Assembly: GCA_008080735.1 (NCBI GenBank)
Contig: SHMW01000002.1
Location: 67,188-131,187 of the forward strand
Reading direction: 5' to 3'
Length of the DNA stretch: 64,000 nucleotides
Source: Promethearchaeota archaeon
GTDB taxonomy: Archaea > Asgardarchaeota > Lokiarchaeia > Sigyniarchaeales > SOKP01
Below the pieces are notes generated by a model. That model was given only the letters and a program-made list of their open reading frames with translations, was not told the origin of the DNA and made no database searches. The position numbers were made by a program, and so were the translations under genes. Shown piece after piece: positions 31,376 through 42,079 of the stretch. Every line of letters starts with the position of its first letter. Position 1 is the first letter of the stretch.

Positions 31376-31903
31376 ATGAATGAGAATTCGAGGAGTTTAA
31401 TTACTATTGGAGTTATTTCCGATACCCATATCCCCTCCCGCACTTCGGAAATCCCTCCACAAGTCATTGAAGAGTTTAGTAAGCGAAATATAGATTATAT
31501 CTTTCATCTGGGGGATTACACAGAACTGGACGTATATGAGCGGCTTAAAGAGAGGTTTGGTGAGGAAAAAGTTATTGGTATTTCCGGTAATATGGATGGA
31601 AATGAGGTAAACAGTACTCTACCTACCAATCGAGAGTTGGAACTGATGGGTTATAAGATTTTTCTCACACACGGAACTGGCGGGCCGAATAGAATTATCA
31701 AACGATTAAATCGAGACCATGATTTATCGAGCTATGATCTCGTGATCTTCGGGCATGTGCATAAACCAATCAATGAAAAACACGATGGAATCTTGTACCT
31801 GAACCCAGGCACACCCACGGACAAACGTTTCGCGGATATCAATACCTTTGGGATTCTCACTCTTTCAAGGGAGGATATCGATTTTGAGATAATTGAACTA
31901 TAG
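31376..31903 (+). CDS. YfcE/MJ0936/Vps29-family metallophosphoesterase
   Basis: SDTH, HLGD, GNMD, THG, FGHVH, NPG. Confidence 0.9.
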   Translation: MNENSRSLITIGVISDTHIPSRTSEIPPQVIEEFSKRNIDYIFHLGDYTELDVYERLKERFGEEKVIGISGNMDGNEVNSTLPTNRELELMGYKIFLTHGTGGPNRIIKRLNRDHDLSSYDLVIFGHVHKPINEKHDGILYLNPGTPTDKRFADINTFGILTLSREDIDFEIIEL

Positions 31904-32077
31904 ATTTTCCAATAAAGTGTTGCTAATTGCCTATTTTGGGGTTTAAGAGAGATATTCTTGAAATGAGCAGTAGCCATCAGATTCAATAAGGGCTTCCAAT
32001 CTCGATTATATAGACCTTATTCTTCTTTCATGAAGTTGGATAGAAATTAAGATTGTTTTACAGTTTTAGAGAGCGAG

Positions 32078-32327
32078 AAAATAAGAAAAAGAGGTAAAAA
32101 AATTGTGAATTCTTCTTAGGTTTTATCCATGGATTGTCTCGAGAGCTTCTTATAATGATTGAGGACTGCTTGGCGCGCTGCGTATACAAACCCTCACTTT
32201 ACGTTCACACCGGTAATCGCTATCGTCTCATAAATCAGTGTATCTCCTAACTTTGCAGTGTCTAACACCTGTCGAATCTTGAATACATCGACAATATCTT
32301 CCAAATCCCGTTTATTGGCTAACACCA
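32078..32327 (-). repeat. ~250-bp direct repeat of the GTPase 3' end (copy of 34499-34748); pseudogenised fragment
   Basis: About 8 mismatches by manual alignment; encodes VLANKRDLEDIVD...AARQAVLNHYKK with a CGA->TGA stop. Confidence 0.95.
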
Positions 32328-33015
32328 ATTTTGATTGGCAATTTTCTCACATAAACGGGCTAACCGAAGTCGTGCTTTCCGCGGTTTTTTGAGCCCTTTT
32401 TCTTACGAGAAACCCGTCGATGTAGCTTTTTAAGGGGTGCCTCTGAGGAGCGATAAAACCGAGGGTTCGAAAAGGTCTTTTCTTCCCCTACTAAGAATTC
32501 AGACGCAGCCATATCAAAGGCGGCAATAGCATCGCGATGAACCTCTTTAAAGGGAGAGACTTCCAGCTCCTCCTCAATTAAAATAGACACGTAATATTTT
32601 CCGCTCTTGGTTTTCGAAACGGTCACGTGGTTAATGGGCTCATAAAAGCTCCTATTATCCTTAAATCTTATCCAGGTCTTGATTTTTGGAAGCTTTATTC
32701 GCTTCTTGCTAAAATCTATCTTAATGTTATTATTCATATTATAGGTGGTGTAGGTTTATGTATGCTTCTTTGATTTAAACCTCGGATATCCTACTTTCCG
32801 AGCTGCTTTTAAGCCTTTAAAAAAGTTCTGAAAGGCGTCTAATAGATGCCGGTGTCATCGATTGTAAGGCTTTACTATCGACATCTCTCATGAACTCAAA
32901 TTCTTGCTTGTTCTCCTTTTCGGTTTTATATTTATGAGCTTTTAAGGCTTCAGAATCTTCTTTGAGCTGTTGATATACCCTGGTGCGTTCTGCTAACAAT
33001 TGATTCCATAAAAGA
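32328..33015 (-). pseudogene. tnpB: TnpB (IS200/IS605) fragment with stops and frameshifts
   Basis: LWNQLLAER, VDSKALQ, GYPRFKSKK, LPKIK-W, SKTKSGKYYVSI, RuvC-I-like AFDM, RKKKGSKNR; ends ..EKIANQ, fused to the GTPase duplicate. Confidence 0.85.
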
Positions 33016-33034
33016 AGTTATTCACAGCTTCAGT

Positions 33035-33206
33035 TTATATCCGCCCCAAGTCAACATCTGACTCTTTTCTCGCATCTCTTCTGACGCATGAGCCATAAAG
33101 GATAATATAGATAAACTTATCCCTATAAAACTTTTAAATCTTTTTTTAACTCTAACAAGATATCCTTCATCTCAATAATCAGGTTATTTTGTTCAAAAGA
33201 TTTCAT
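33035..33206 (-). pseudogene. minimal nucleotidyltransferase (MNT) antitoxin remnant
   Basis: MKSFEQNNL...KDLKV, then after a frameshift YRDKFIYIILYGSCVRRDARKESDVDL (GS...DxD motif). Confidence 0.7.
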
Positions 33207-33329
33207 ATGTAATCATTTCCAATAAATATTATAAAAAATAGAATGCTTATCAAAATATCCTAATTTCAGAAAATATCTATTATAAAGAAATTTACGGAGA
33301 TGATCTTCTTAGGATATAGGGAAACCCTT

Positions 33330-33635
33330 TTACTTCTTAAAAAAAGAATCCAAATAATCATATCCTTCTAGGAGATCGTCTTTATTAATTTTAGATTTAA
33401 TCCCTAAATCCATAACTAAATCCATAAATTCTGATAATGGGATATTCGCAAGGTATGCCGCTTTCCCTATAGAGAACCTCCCTTCAGCATATCCTTTTAT
33501 AGCTAAATAAATCGTACCATTAGTTAGCAGATTTCTAACAATTTCTGACTGTTCCTTACCCATTTCTGCAGCCATAAGATCAATTTGTCTCTCCAAATTT
33601 TTATCTATTCGAACAGATATTACTTTACCCATCAT
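33330..33635 (-). CDS. UPF0175-family antitoxin with N-terminal RHH
   Basis: ISVRI...SEIVR, then Y-EG-FSIGKAA-LA. Confidence 0.8.
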   Translation of the reverse strand: MMGKVISVRIDKNLERQIDLMAAEMGKEQSEIVRNLLTNGTIYLAIKGYAEGRFSIGKAAYLANIPLSEFMDLVMDLGIKSKINKDDLLEGYDYLDSFFKK

Positions 33636-33642
33636 TCTCCCC

Positions 33643-34152
33643 TTAATTTTTAATTTTATTTTTAAAATATTCTAAATCTTCTTGTTTATACCATCCTAAG
33701 GTTTGTAAGTTATTTAGTTTTCGAAGAGTTTTATTTTTAGTTGTTATATTTTGTAAAAAGCAACGATGAATAAACAATAGCGTAGTGAAATATTTTATAT
33801 CCAGAACTTTATATGCTTTTAAGGCTCTATAATCATCTGTGGCTAAGAAGTGTGCATTTTTCTCTAAATATAATATAATCGCTTCCGCTTCCCCCTCATG
33901 GATATTGAAATCGCCCATAATTTTATTTCTTTCTTCTATATTTTTAATATCTTCAACTCTTATTTGTTTATCTTTAATGAATTTTTCAATCCGATAAGCA
34001 TCAATTTTTTTCAATATTTTACCTACTTCCACGACTTCATCAAAAACCGCTTTAGGTATCTCAATTTTATCAAATAGTTGAGTTAACAAATTTATCATTT
34101 CTAATTTCGATACTAATATTAAAAATGAAGAATCACAAACTAAAAATGGCAT
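33643..34152 (-). CDS. PIN-domain toxin (DUF3368/VapC-like)
   Basis: VCDSSFLI, IPKAVFDEV, GEAEAI, LATDD. Confidence 0.85.
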   Translation of the reverse strand: MPFLVCDSSFLILVSKLEMINLLTQLFDKIEIPKAVFDEVVEVGKILKKIDAYRIEKFIKDKQIRVEDIKNIEERNKIMGDFNIHEGEAEAIILYLEKNAHFLATDDYRALKAYKVLDIKYFTTLLFIHRCFLQNITTKNKTLRKLNNLQTLGWYKQEDLEYFKNKIKN

Positions 34153-34168
34153 CTACTTAGCAATAAGA

Positions 34169-34196
34169 TGTTTACGTAAATTTACTTATGTAAACA
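34169..34196. promoter_or_regulatory. palindromic operator upstream of the toxin-antitoxin pair
   Basis: TGTTTACGTAAAT-TT-ACTTATGTAAACA; arms match 11/13; 16 bp before the PIN start codon. Confidence 0.6.
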
Positions 34197-34272
34197 AGAA
34201 AATGTTAACAACAATATAATATGGATTTAAGACTTTAAGGATTTATATAAGTCCTCCTAAGTATATATCTTT

Positions 34273-34353
34273 CTATTCTCCCATCTTTGGTCTAATCTTT
34301 AAGATGATTTTCTTTATCTTAATAATCTGCTCGTTTAGCTCAAAAGATTTCAT
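34273..34353 (-). pseudogene. second short remnant resembling the MNT N-terminus
   Basis: MKSFELNEQIIKIKKIILK resembles MKSFEQNNLIIEMKDILL at 33206; the upstream DNA is also similar. Confidence 0.45.
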
Positions 34354-34536
34354 ATCCATTCATTTCAAATAGATACTCAAATATATTACTTTCTCTGATA
34401 ACTTCTTATTCTAATTAAAGGTGAGTATCTCTCTTTTTTTCTTTATTCTCAGAAATTGGAATAGAACTGAAGATTATTGTAAGATCTGAGAGTTTGACAA
34501 AATAAGATAAAGAGGTAAAAAAATTGTGAATTCTTC

Positions 34537-35151
34537 TTAGGTTTTTTCCATGGATTGTCCTGAGAGCTTCTTATAATGATTGAGGACTGCTTGGCGCGCT
34601 GCGTATACAAACCCTCGCTTTACGTTCACACCGGTAATCGCTATCGTCTCATAAATCAGTGTATCTCCTAACTTTGCAGTGTCTAACACCTGTCGAATCT
34701 TGGATACATCGACAATGTCTTCCAAATCCCGTTTGTTGGCTAACACCACCATTGGAACCTCTGGAGGCTCGCCGGGCCCTTTTGGAAGTAATTTATTACC
34801 ATAAAATTTTAACAGTTCTTTTAGGGACCATATATTTTCCTCCCATTGATCAATCAAGCTGTCCCATACAAAGATAATCGCATCCGTACCTTTTAAAACC
34901 GTTTGCCTTTGGAACTTGTGCCTTCTCTGGCCTGCTACAGTATATACTTGGAAAACTACGTTGGAAACTTTTGCAACGACCCGATCAAAAAAGAGCGTTC
35001 GTCCAGTTGGGTCTTGAATTTGCTGCATATCGCCCGAAGCTAAACCTTCTTTATTATACACCCATTCAAGAGCCGTAGTCTTCCCACCTAAGGAAGGTCC
35101 ATAGAAGCAGATTTTAAATACTAAAGTTCCATCTCCTCGACGACTTGGCAT
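34537..35151 (-). CDS. MglA-like small GTPase
   Basis: G1 GPSLGGKTT, G2 RTLFFD, G3 YTVAGQ (MglA type), G4 NKRD, G5 TIA. Confidence 0.9.
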   Translation of the reverse strand: MPSRRGDGTLVFKICFYGPSLGGKTTALEWVYNKEGLASGDMQQIQDPTGRTLFFDRVVAKVSNVVFQVYTVAGQRRHKFQRQTVLKGTDAIIFVWDSLIDQWEENIWSLKELLKFYGNKLLPKGPGEPPEVPMVVLANKRDLEDIVDVSKIRQVLDTAKLGDTLIYETIAITGVNVKRGFVYAARQAVLNHYKKLSGQSMEKT

Positions 35152-35375
35152 GTAATTTACTAACCTTGATTTAAATTAATTTAACTTTTTTTATATTAAG
35201 AAGATAATAGTTATTGAATATAAAAATATGTATTCCAAAAAATTTTATGATTTAGACTCAAATGGATGAAACCTAAAGGTAGAAAAATTTTGAATATTTT
35301 GAGAATTGCAGCAAAAGCCGAGAAATCAACCAACACTAATTTTTTGAAAAAGAGAATTAAATGTTATGGATTATT

Positions 35376-35489
35376 TCAATAATAGCTATTTTCAATGCTC
35401 TCCACCCACTCTTCTTGGTCTGAAGTGAGCTCGATATTGAATCCGATATGAATTTCGTGTAAATGTTTTAATTTGGTGATGGACGCGGG
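35376..35489 (-). pseudogene. orphan C-terminal LRR fragment
   Basis: Reads PASITKLKHLHEIHIGFNIELTSDQEEWVESIENSYY*; fits the LPxSIxxLxxLxxLxLxxN pattern. Confidence 0.6.
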
Positions 35490-36128
35490 TTAGACTTTTC
35501 AATGAAGAGGGCTTAGAAGGAGGAGGAGGAATGAAGAGGGCTTAGAAGGAATGGTTCCCAATACACCTCCTGGGCGACCATCTCGTCTTAGCGAGGAGCA
35601 AGAGGAACAATTACGTGAGGATATCTCCAAGCACCCCCGTGAATTAGGATATGAGTTTAGCAATTGGGAAGGGAAGAACGTTTCCCATCACATTGAAAAA
35701 GTCTTTGATATAGAGATAGGGGTTCGTCAGGTACAGAGAATCTTGCATAAACTCGGATTTTCGCTTCAACGACCCAAATATGTATTTCCTAAAGCAGATC
35801 TGGATAAACAAAGAGAATTTAAAGAGAATTTTAAAAAAGTTTGGCTACTCTCGGAAAAGACGGCGTAGTTCTATTCCAAGATGAAGCTAGGGTCCAATAT
35901 TCGCCCACTATCACCAGAATGTGGGCATTGAAGGGACAAAAACCAGAAATCAACACATATGGTGGACGCTCCCGGCAGCACTTGATTAGGGCAGTTGATC
36001 CTGGTTCAGGAAAAGTCCATGTAGTGTTCTCCAAAACGCTAAAAGCCGGACAATTTCAACATTTTTTAGAAGGTCTGCTTTTTAAATATAAGGATAAAGG
36101 AAATTGGAAAAATTCCTCTCAAGTGTAA
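35490..36128 (+). mobile_element. IS630-family transposase remnant (HTH ORF + truncated DDE ORF)
   Basis: FNEEGLEG, PGRPSRL, LHKLGFSLQRP, slippery TTTAAAAAAG between the ORFs, FQDEAR first catalytic Asp; truncated before the later acidic residues; internal 21-bp duplication AATGAAGAGGGCTTAGAAGGA. Confidence 0.85.
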
Positions 36129-36757
36129 GAGACGATCCTCCGATTTACCCTCTTCATACACGGTAAGCGGTTAGCTATCTTATAGGCTATTAACTTAAAT
36201 TATATAATTCGCGCCCACTCTCCCGATGCGATGGCGAGTTATCCTTTTTTGATTTACTCGTTCTTATTATCTGACGTTTTGGATAGTGTTTTATCTCGTG
36301 AGTTACCTTATGATTTTATCTTTATAAACATTTCTGTTCGACACCTTGATTTGGGTTTCGACATGGCTCATTATTTGGATTTTGTAGAGATTTGGTTCTC
36401 AATTGAGCTCCCGAATATTTTGCTAAATCACAAAATTCATGGTTTTAAACTAACAAATGCTCGAGCACAAATCCGCACACTCTTTATGAAAAGATAGAGT
36501 ATCTTCCACTTACTTCCCATCCTTTTTTACCTATGTTCATATGAAAGGAGTAGCAAATCGCTTTCAATGGTAAAAAATAAAAGCTTTATAGTAAAAAATA
36601 AAAATTAGAAACGCATATTGAAGAATGAAAAGTTCAGTATCAAAGTCACAATGAAAATTTAAGACTTCACAATTTTAGTTTAAAAATACTATGTGCTAAT
36701 TTATAGTAACCGAAACAATTTAGTTACCAAGTAAAAAATTTTAAGGAGCAATATTAC

Positions 36758-38515
36758 ATGAAGCGAACAATAAAAATCGCACTTATCGTGCTGGTTTGCG
36801 TGTGTGGGGTTATGCCCACGGGGATGATCGCGCCCGTGGCGGCACAGTCCCAAGACTCTGGGCTCGGCTTCGAGTTCAGTAGTGATATCGTGACTAAGAC
36901 CTTTTCCATGTATAAAGAATATAATAATGAAACCTTTTCCTACAAATATAACGGGGTATCATTTCATGAGTTCACTTGGATTTACAACACCTATTGGGGA
37001 GAGGACGGCTATTTTCATGTTATAGAAATAACTGATGAAAGTGAGATAATACAATTTAATCACGAATATAACACCACAGTTTCCGGATATTTTCGAACTG
37101 AGATGACACTCGATATGTATGAAGTCAAGATTACGTTCGGAGATTCTTACGAGATGAGGTTCTATGCCTTAAAGAACGGCTCGTTTTTTACCGAATATTA
37201 TCAAGATTATCGAGGAAATTCAATATATCGCTTTGATATTATTTATACCACTTATACCACAGTAGAGAAGATATATCTCAATGAAAATATGGAAACTCTT
37301 CTCAGCGAAGAGATAATCGACGTTGAAGAAGATGTTGGGTGGGGTGGTACTCCGGATGAGGATATACGTGTTCGTGATGATTTTAGGGTATTTTATTATA
37401 ACCAAACTGCATCGTTTGCGGCTCCGCTGGTAATGATAAACCAAATGTTTATCACACCGAATGGTCAAAAAGTCGCGTGGGGTGAGTTTATGTGGGAGAT
37501 GATTGCCTTTAATGATAATAACAATGATGGGTATTATAGCGCCGATACGAATTTTTACGATGACCCGGAATTTGAGGAAAAAATCTTGCCATACATACTC
37601 GATAGCTATGTCTATTATGATACTCCTGGAGACGAACCCATCAGAGAGATAGATCAATCCTTCCCGAATGATATGAGCGTCGCGGACGCATCATCATTAA
37701 TTAATTTTAAAAAGCCCACCCTTTCGAACGGCACTCTATCTTGGGGAGTTGATTATACACATTTTCCACTTATCGCGAACGGGACATTTGCCCTTATTTT
37801 ACCCGAAATTTCCTATGCAGATTCCTTGAAAGCCGATTATTCCTTCGATTTTGAATTTTTTCTCAATGAAGATGACACACAGTTGGATATCACCTCAGGA
37901 TTTACGCTTACCAACTCATCTCAAACAGAATTTGCAATGCTGATGGATGGTATGAGTTTGTGTGTCCCGCAATATTCTTACTTGCTTTCATCAATGAAGA
38001 TCGACCAACAATTTTCCGATGCGATAACACGAAAACAAGAGGTATTTGAATTCGAAGGGGAAAAAGGAATAGTATGCGAGATAGATATGAGCGGTCTCAA
38101 GGAACCCTACACCCTTTATAATCACTCGGATGAGAACAAGGCACTAATATATGATTGTGTGGGAGCAGGGGTGAGTAAGATCATCACCACCCCTATGCAA
38201 GGGGCAATAACCCCAGCAACTACTGATTATACACATTCATTCGAACACATGACGTTCTTACCCAACCTCGTATTTTCGGTAGGTGATCTGGTACAAGATG
38301 ATCCGCTTCTACGGGAAAGTTCGAACGCCAGTCGACTCCTCTCGATCGAGACAAAAAATTATCCAATCTGGTCGGGCAACTCGTTTTATCACGACCCATC
38401 GCTCAAGGTCGACCTCGCCCCACAGCTCCCCTTGCTTGAGATCGGCATCGTACTCATCTGCGGAGTCATCGGGATAAGCGCGGTAGCCCTGCTCTATCGT
38501 AAATTTAAAAAATAA
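36758..38515 (+). CDS. secreted cell-surface protein with C-terminal TM anchor
   Basis: Signal peptide (..PVAAQ), acidic/aromatic beta-rich body, DNNNDG Ca-type motif, many NxS/T sites, HDP motif, C-terminal TM + RKFKK. Confidence 0.8.
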   Translation: MKRTIKIALIVLVCVCGVMPTGMIAPVAAQSQDSGLGFEFSSDIVTKTFSMYKEYNNETFSYKYNGVSFHEFTWIYNTYWGEDGYFHVIEITDESEIIQFNHEYNTTVSGYFRTEMTLDMYEVKITFGDSYEMRFYALKNGSFFTEYYQDYRGNSIYRFDIIYTTYTTVEKIYLNENMETLLSEEIIDVEEDVGWGGTPDEDIRVRDDFRVFYYNQTASFAAPLVMINQMFITPNGQKVAWGEFMWEMIAFNDNNNDGYYSADTNFYDDPEFEEKILPYILDSYVYYDTPGDEPIREIDQSFPNDMSVADASSLINFKKPTLSNGTLSWGVDYTHFPLIANGTFALILPEISYADSLKADYSFDFEFFLNEDDTQLDITSGFTLTNSSQTEFAMLMDGMSLCVPQYSYLLSSMKIDQQFSDAITRKQEVFEFEGEKGIVCEIDMSGLKEPYTLYNHSDENKALIYDCVGAGVSKIITTPMQGAITPATTDYTHSFEHMTFLPNLVFSVGDLVQDDPLLRESSNASRLLSIETKNYPIWSGNSFYHDPSLKVDLAPQLPLLEIGIVLICGVIGISAVALLYRKFKK

Positions 38516-39099
38516 CCCATCCTTATTTTTTTCTATTCTCTTTTTGGACTACTTTTCAAGCTATAATGCAAGATACAACGCCCAGATGGAGTCGTTTAAA
38601 TGAATCAATTCGTGGATAATTTCAGAAAGAAGTTTGAATACCCAGAGATTTAAGAGTAGATCATAGATGAGAGATGAAAAGAAGGGATGGGAGGGTGGCT
38701 CCTATCGTCCGAGGGGGGCTTTTTTGAGGGGTGTGGGCTCATTTTTGAAATTCTAAAGTCAACCAGCTGAGACGATAGGAACCATAGGTTTTATGATTAG
38801 TATTATGCTTTCTCATTGCCCCTTTATAAATAGCAATGATATGAAACACGCATTATGTCTATTGAGGCGGATCCTTTCCAATATAATTATATTGGATATA
38901 TCCTCGTTCCATATAATTCAGAGTAATCTCCAGCGTTTTGTTAGGGTTTTTGCCAAGAGAAAAAAGAACGATGGGACTGTTTTTATCTTTACTTCGAATA
39001 ATAAAGATTTCCTTTTTCACTGAATTATCTGTCTGCTTTAAAATCCGTACCTTTTCAATAATATCTTCTTGTTCAAAAGGAGGTGTATCCTCGGTTTGG

Positions 39100-39862
39100 A
39101 TACGGGGAGATGATCGAGAGGGGTTGTATCTGACAAATCTAATACAGTAAGCAATTAAAGATTCCCGATGGAATCCGGGAGCGATTCAAAGGGACAATCT
39201 ACTAAATATAGTTCCTTTAAGTTGGGAAGGTTGGCGATATTATCTGGAAGGGTGGTAAGATTATTATGGTTAAATTCTAAGATTCTTAGGTTTTGTAATT
39301 CACCAATATTTTTTGGCAGCGAGAAAAGCCCATTCCCCTGTAGCTCGATTTCCTTTAGATTTTGGAGCATCCCAACGCTTTCAGGGAGTGTTTCGAGATG
39401 AGCGTTTTGGACACAGAAAGACCGTAGATTTTTTAGATTTCCGATACTTTCTGGAAGTAAGTCCAACGGGATGTCCGAATCATAATCTGGATCCGCAAAT
39501 AGGGCAAATTCTTCTAAATGTGTAAGCTTTCCTAAATTCTCCGGCAACACTTCTATTTTCCCGTCATAAAGATAGAGATCCGTCATTGGCTCATCATTTT
39601 GCTCAGATTCCTCATTTATCTGTTTATTTTCTAGATATTTGGAGATCTCTTCCAATAATCGGACAATTTTTTAATTGCGTTCTTTCACCGCTAGTTTATC
39701 GAGAATTCCTTTCCACAGATCCATATTAAAATATACCATCTTTTCATGATTAAATGTGGGTAATGATTGTGTTCGAATCATGCTTTTAAATTGTAAAAGA
39801 ATCTATTTTGTGGGATTTTGCCTTAATAATTCAAGAAAGAACTGTTCTTCTTCTGGACGCAT
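39100..39862 (-). pseudogene. leucine-rich-repeat protein pseudogene
   Basis: ATG at 39862 with two in-frame stops before ORF 39155-39655 (LPxxIGxLxNL repeats); past the stop the repeat continues LLTVLDL / YNPLDHLPVS via a frameshift. Confidence 0.8.
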
Positions 39863-40015
39863 TTTGAAATATCAGTTTTCACCATAATTTTAACTTATAC
39901 TAGGTCTCTTAGTTTTAATACGTTTCTTTTTCAATGTTTAGGAATAATTTAGTATAGAGGATTCATTATAAATCAAAAAAAACCGTGTATTGAAATGAGT
40001 TTACAAGATTCTTTT

Positions 40016-40567
40016 TTAACTGAATTTTTTTCTCACATTCCCTGCTAACCATCCCGATTTGGTAGATTTGATGAAATCAAATTCATTCAAATACGGTTTG
40101 ATATCCAGAACTGGGGTCTTGTCTAAAATATCTATATTCTTCACGAATATTAGGTTATTTTCTATTTTCTCCAATTTCAGTATTGAGAGTCCGATGGGAT
40201 TAGGGCGGAAGGGTGTACGCGTGGCGAAAACTCCTTTCTTCTCATTATCCAAGAAAGGTTTTGATTGAAGGGGGACCGGCAATTTCACCAAATCAAAGAA
40301 GTAAATACAATAGATATGTGAGAAGCCATCTAAATCTTTCAAACCAGCTGAATATTTGTCAAAAATTTCAATTTTTCCCCTTATTTCAGACATCGAAAAC
40401 TGAATTGGGATACCTTTTAAAGTTTTTAGTGGAGAATGAAAGATCCCAATGGGATTTAATGAAATCTCGTCAATAGGATTTCTTCCTTCAACCTTGTGAA
40501 GTTTTCTTGTAAGAATATCCATACCTTCCGTGTCTTCAGTATCTGCGCTTTTTTTTATTGGTGGCAA
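40016..40567 (-). CDS. tsaA: tRNA m6t6A37 methyltransferase TsaA/TrmO family
   Basis: PIGIFHSP, GLKDLDGFSHI, GVFATRTPFRPNPIGLS, TPVLDIKPY; start may be the later ATG (MDILT). Confidence 0.88.
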   Translation of the reverse strand: MPPIKKSADTEDTEGMDILTRKLHKVEGRNPIDEISLNPIGIFHSPLKTLKGIPIQFSMSEIRGKIEIFDKYSAGLKDLDGFSHIYCIYFFDLVKLPVPLQSKPFLDNEKKGVFATRTPFRPNPIGLSILKLEKIENNLIFVKNIDILDKTPVLDIKPYLNEFDFIKSTKSGWLAGNVRKKFS

Positions 40568-40738
40568 CTTAAGTCAAATTATATGGTGATATTTGAAAAA
40601 AAAGGTTTTTTTAATTTATGTCCTCTGTAAGAGTCGAGATGTGATAAACTTTTTTAATGGTCTATTTTAAGCTTAATGAACTTTTAATAAATATAGAATT
40701 TACCAAGAAAGCTTAAAATAAAAATGAAATGATCTAAA

Positions 40739-41809
40739 TTGAACAATACCCAATATTTACGCCCGATTATTAAGCAATTCAAAAGATTAAAGAAAATTCC
40801 ATGGACTCACTTAACTAATCTTCCAACCCCGATCGAACGCCTTAATGGTCTTGAGAAAAAACTGAATTTTAACCATATCTGGATAAAGAGAGACGATCTT
40901 ACGAGCCCCCATTATGGGGGAAATAAATCTCGTAAGCTTGAGTATCTGTTGGCTGGAGCAGAACATGAAGGCAAAAAGATTATCAAAACGGTGGGGGGGA
41001 TAGGCTCTAATCACGCCGTTGCCACGAGTATCTTTTGTAAGCTTTTAGGGATGAAATGTAAGCTTTTTTTAGTCCCGCAACCGAATTCGGAGCATTGTCG
41101 GACAAATCTGCTTTTAGATTATTATTATGGTGCCGAATTAAATTATTGTGAAGATCCTTCAGAATATCCAGAGGATATTGATATTCCTCGTGGAGGGACA
41201 AGCCCGATCGGGAACTTAGGCTATGTAAACGCGGCATTGGAACTAAAGGAGCAAATAGATGAGGATATCTTACCTGAACCTGATATAATCTTTGTCACCA
41301 AAGGCAGTTCTGGCACTCTAGCGGGATTATTACTCGGATTTGAGCTTTTAGGTCTCAAAACCATATTATACGGTGTTACGATTATTAACTCAAATACAAA
41401 GGAAGATGTGATCACCCATGCGATGGATACTTGGGAGTTAATGAAGCATACTCATGACAATTTATGTGAAGTAGAACGTGAAAATTTGAAAAATCGCTTG
41501 GTGGTATTGGATAAATTTTATGGTGAGGGTTATGGATATACCACAGTGAAGGGAGAAAATGCTATTAGATTGATCAAAAAAACCGATGAGATACTCCTTG
41601 ATTCTACTTATACAGGCAAAACGATGTCTGCTATGATTTCTTTTATTCGTTCGAATAAGAACGATCTTCTCGATAAACACATTCTATTTTGGAATACGTT
41701 TAATTCGGTAAATGTCAATGAAAAAATAAAAAACCTAAATTATCGGGTTTTGCCCAAGGAGTTTCATAAATTTTTTAATGGGACAATCTCTATCGAAAAC
41801 ACTATCTAA
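40739..41809 (+). CDS. D-cysteine desulfhydrase/ACC deaminase family PLP enzyme
   Basis: KRDDLT, GGNKSRKLE, SNHA, GSSGTLAG, LDSTYTGK (Thr rather than the ACC-deaminase Glu). Confidence 0.88.
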   Translation: MNNTQYLRPIIKQFKRLKKIPWTHLTNLPTPIERLNGLEKKLNFNHIWIKRDDLTSPHYGGNKSRKLEYLLAGAEHEGKKIIKTVGGIGSNHAVATSIFCKLLGMKCKLFLVPQPNSEHCRTNLLLDYYYGAELNYCEDPSEYPEDIDIPRGGTSPIGNLGYVNAALELKEQIDEDILPEPDIIFVTKGSSGTLAGLLLGFELLGLKTILYGVTIINSNTKEDVITHAMDTWELMKHTHDNLCEVERENLKNRLVVLDKFYGEGYGYTTVKGENAIRLIKKTDEILLDSTYTGKTMSAMISFIRSNKNDLLDKHILFWNTFNSVNVNEKIKNLNYRVLPKEFHKFFNGTISIENTI

Positions 41810-42079
41810 TCTATAATTTCCCCTTGTAATTTTCCCAATAGTTTAATGAATATTGTTATTTTTTTTATTGGAATGAATCTTTGAAGAATACCGAGAAATT
41901 TTGGACGTGTGCATGCCCCATCCGTTCGATTTCACGTAAAATTGCTTCGGATAGTTTCTCTTCCATTTAAATAATTACTATCTTCTCTAGGACATTTTTT
42001 CTTAGGATCTCTGAATAGACCAATAGAAAATTCTCTATAATAGGTAAATTTAAGGGATATAATGTAATAATAAAAAAAA

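Noticed and set aside
36231-36497. 88-aa ORF after IS630
   Set aside because: No recognisable motif, and it lies in a decayed region; cannot be supported as a gene.
38560-38790. G-rich intergenic stretch as a tRNA/ncRNA or IS end
   Set aside because: No cloverleaf, T-loop or matching terminal repeat could be identified by eye.
41865-41966. 33-aa minus-strand ORF (MEEKLSEAILREIERMGH...)
   Set aside because: Too short, with no family evidence; possibly a remnant.
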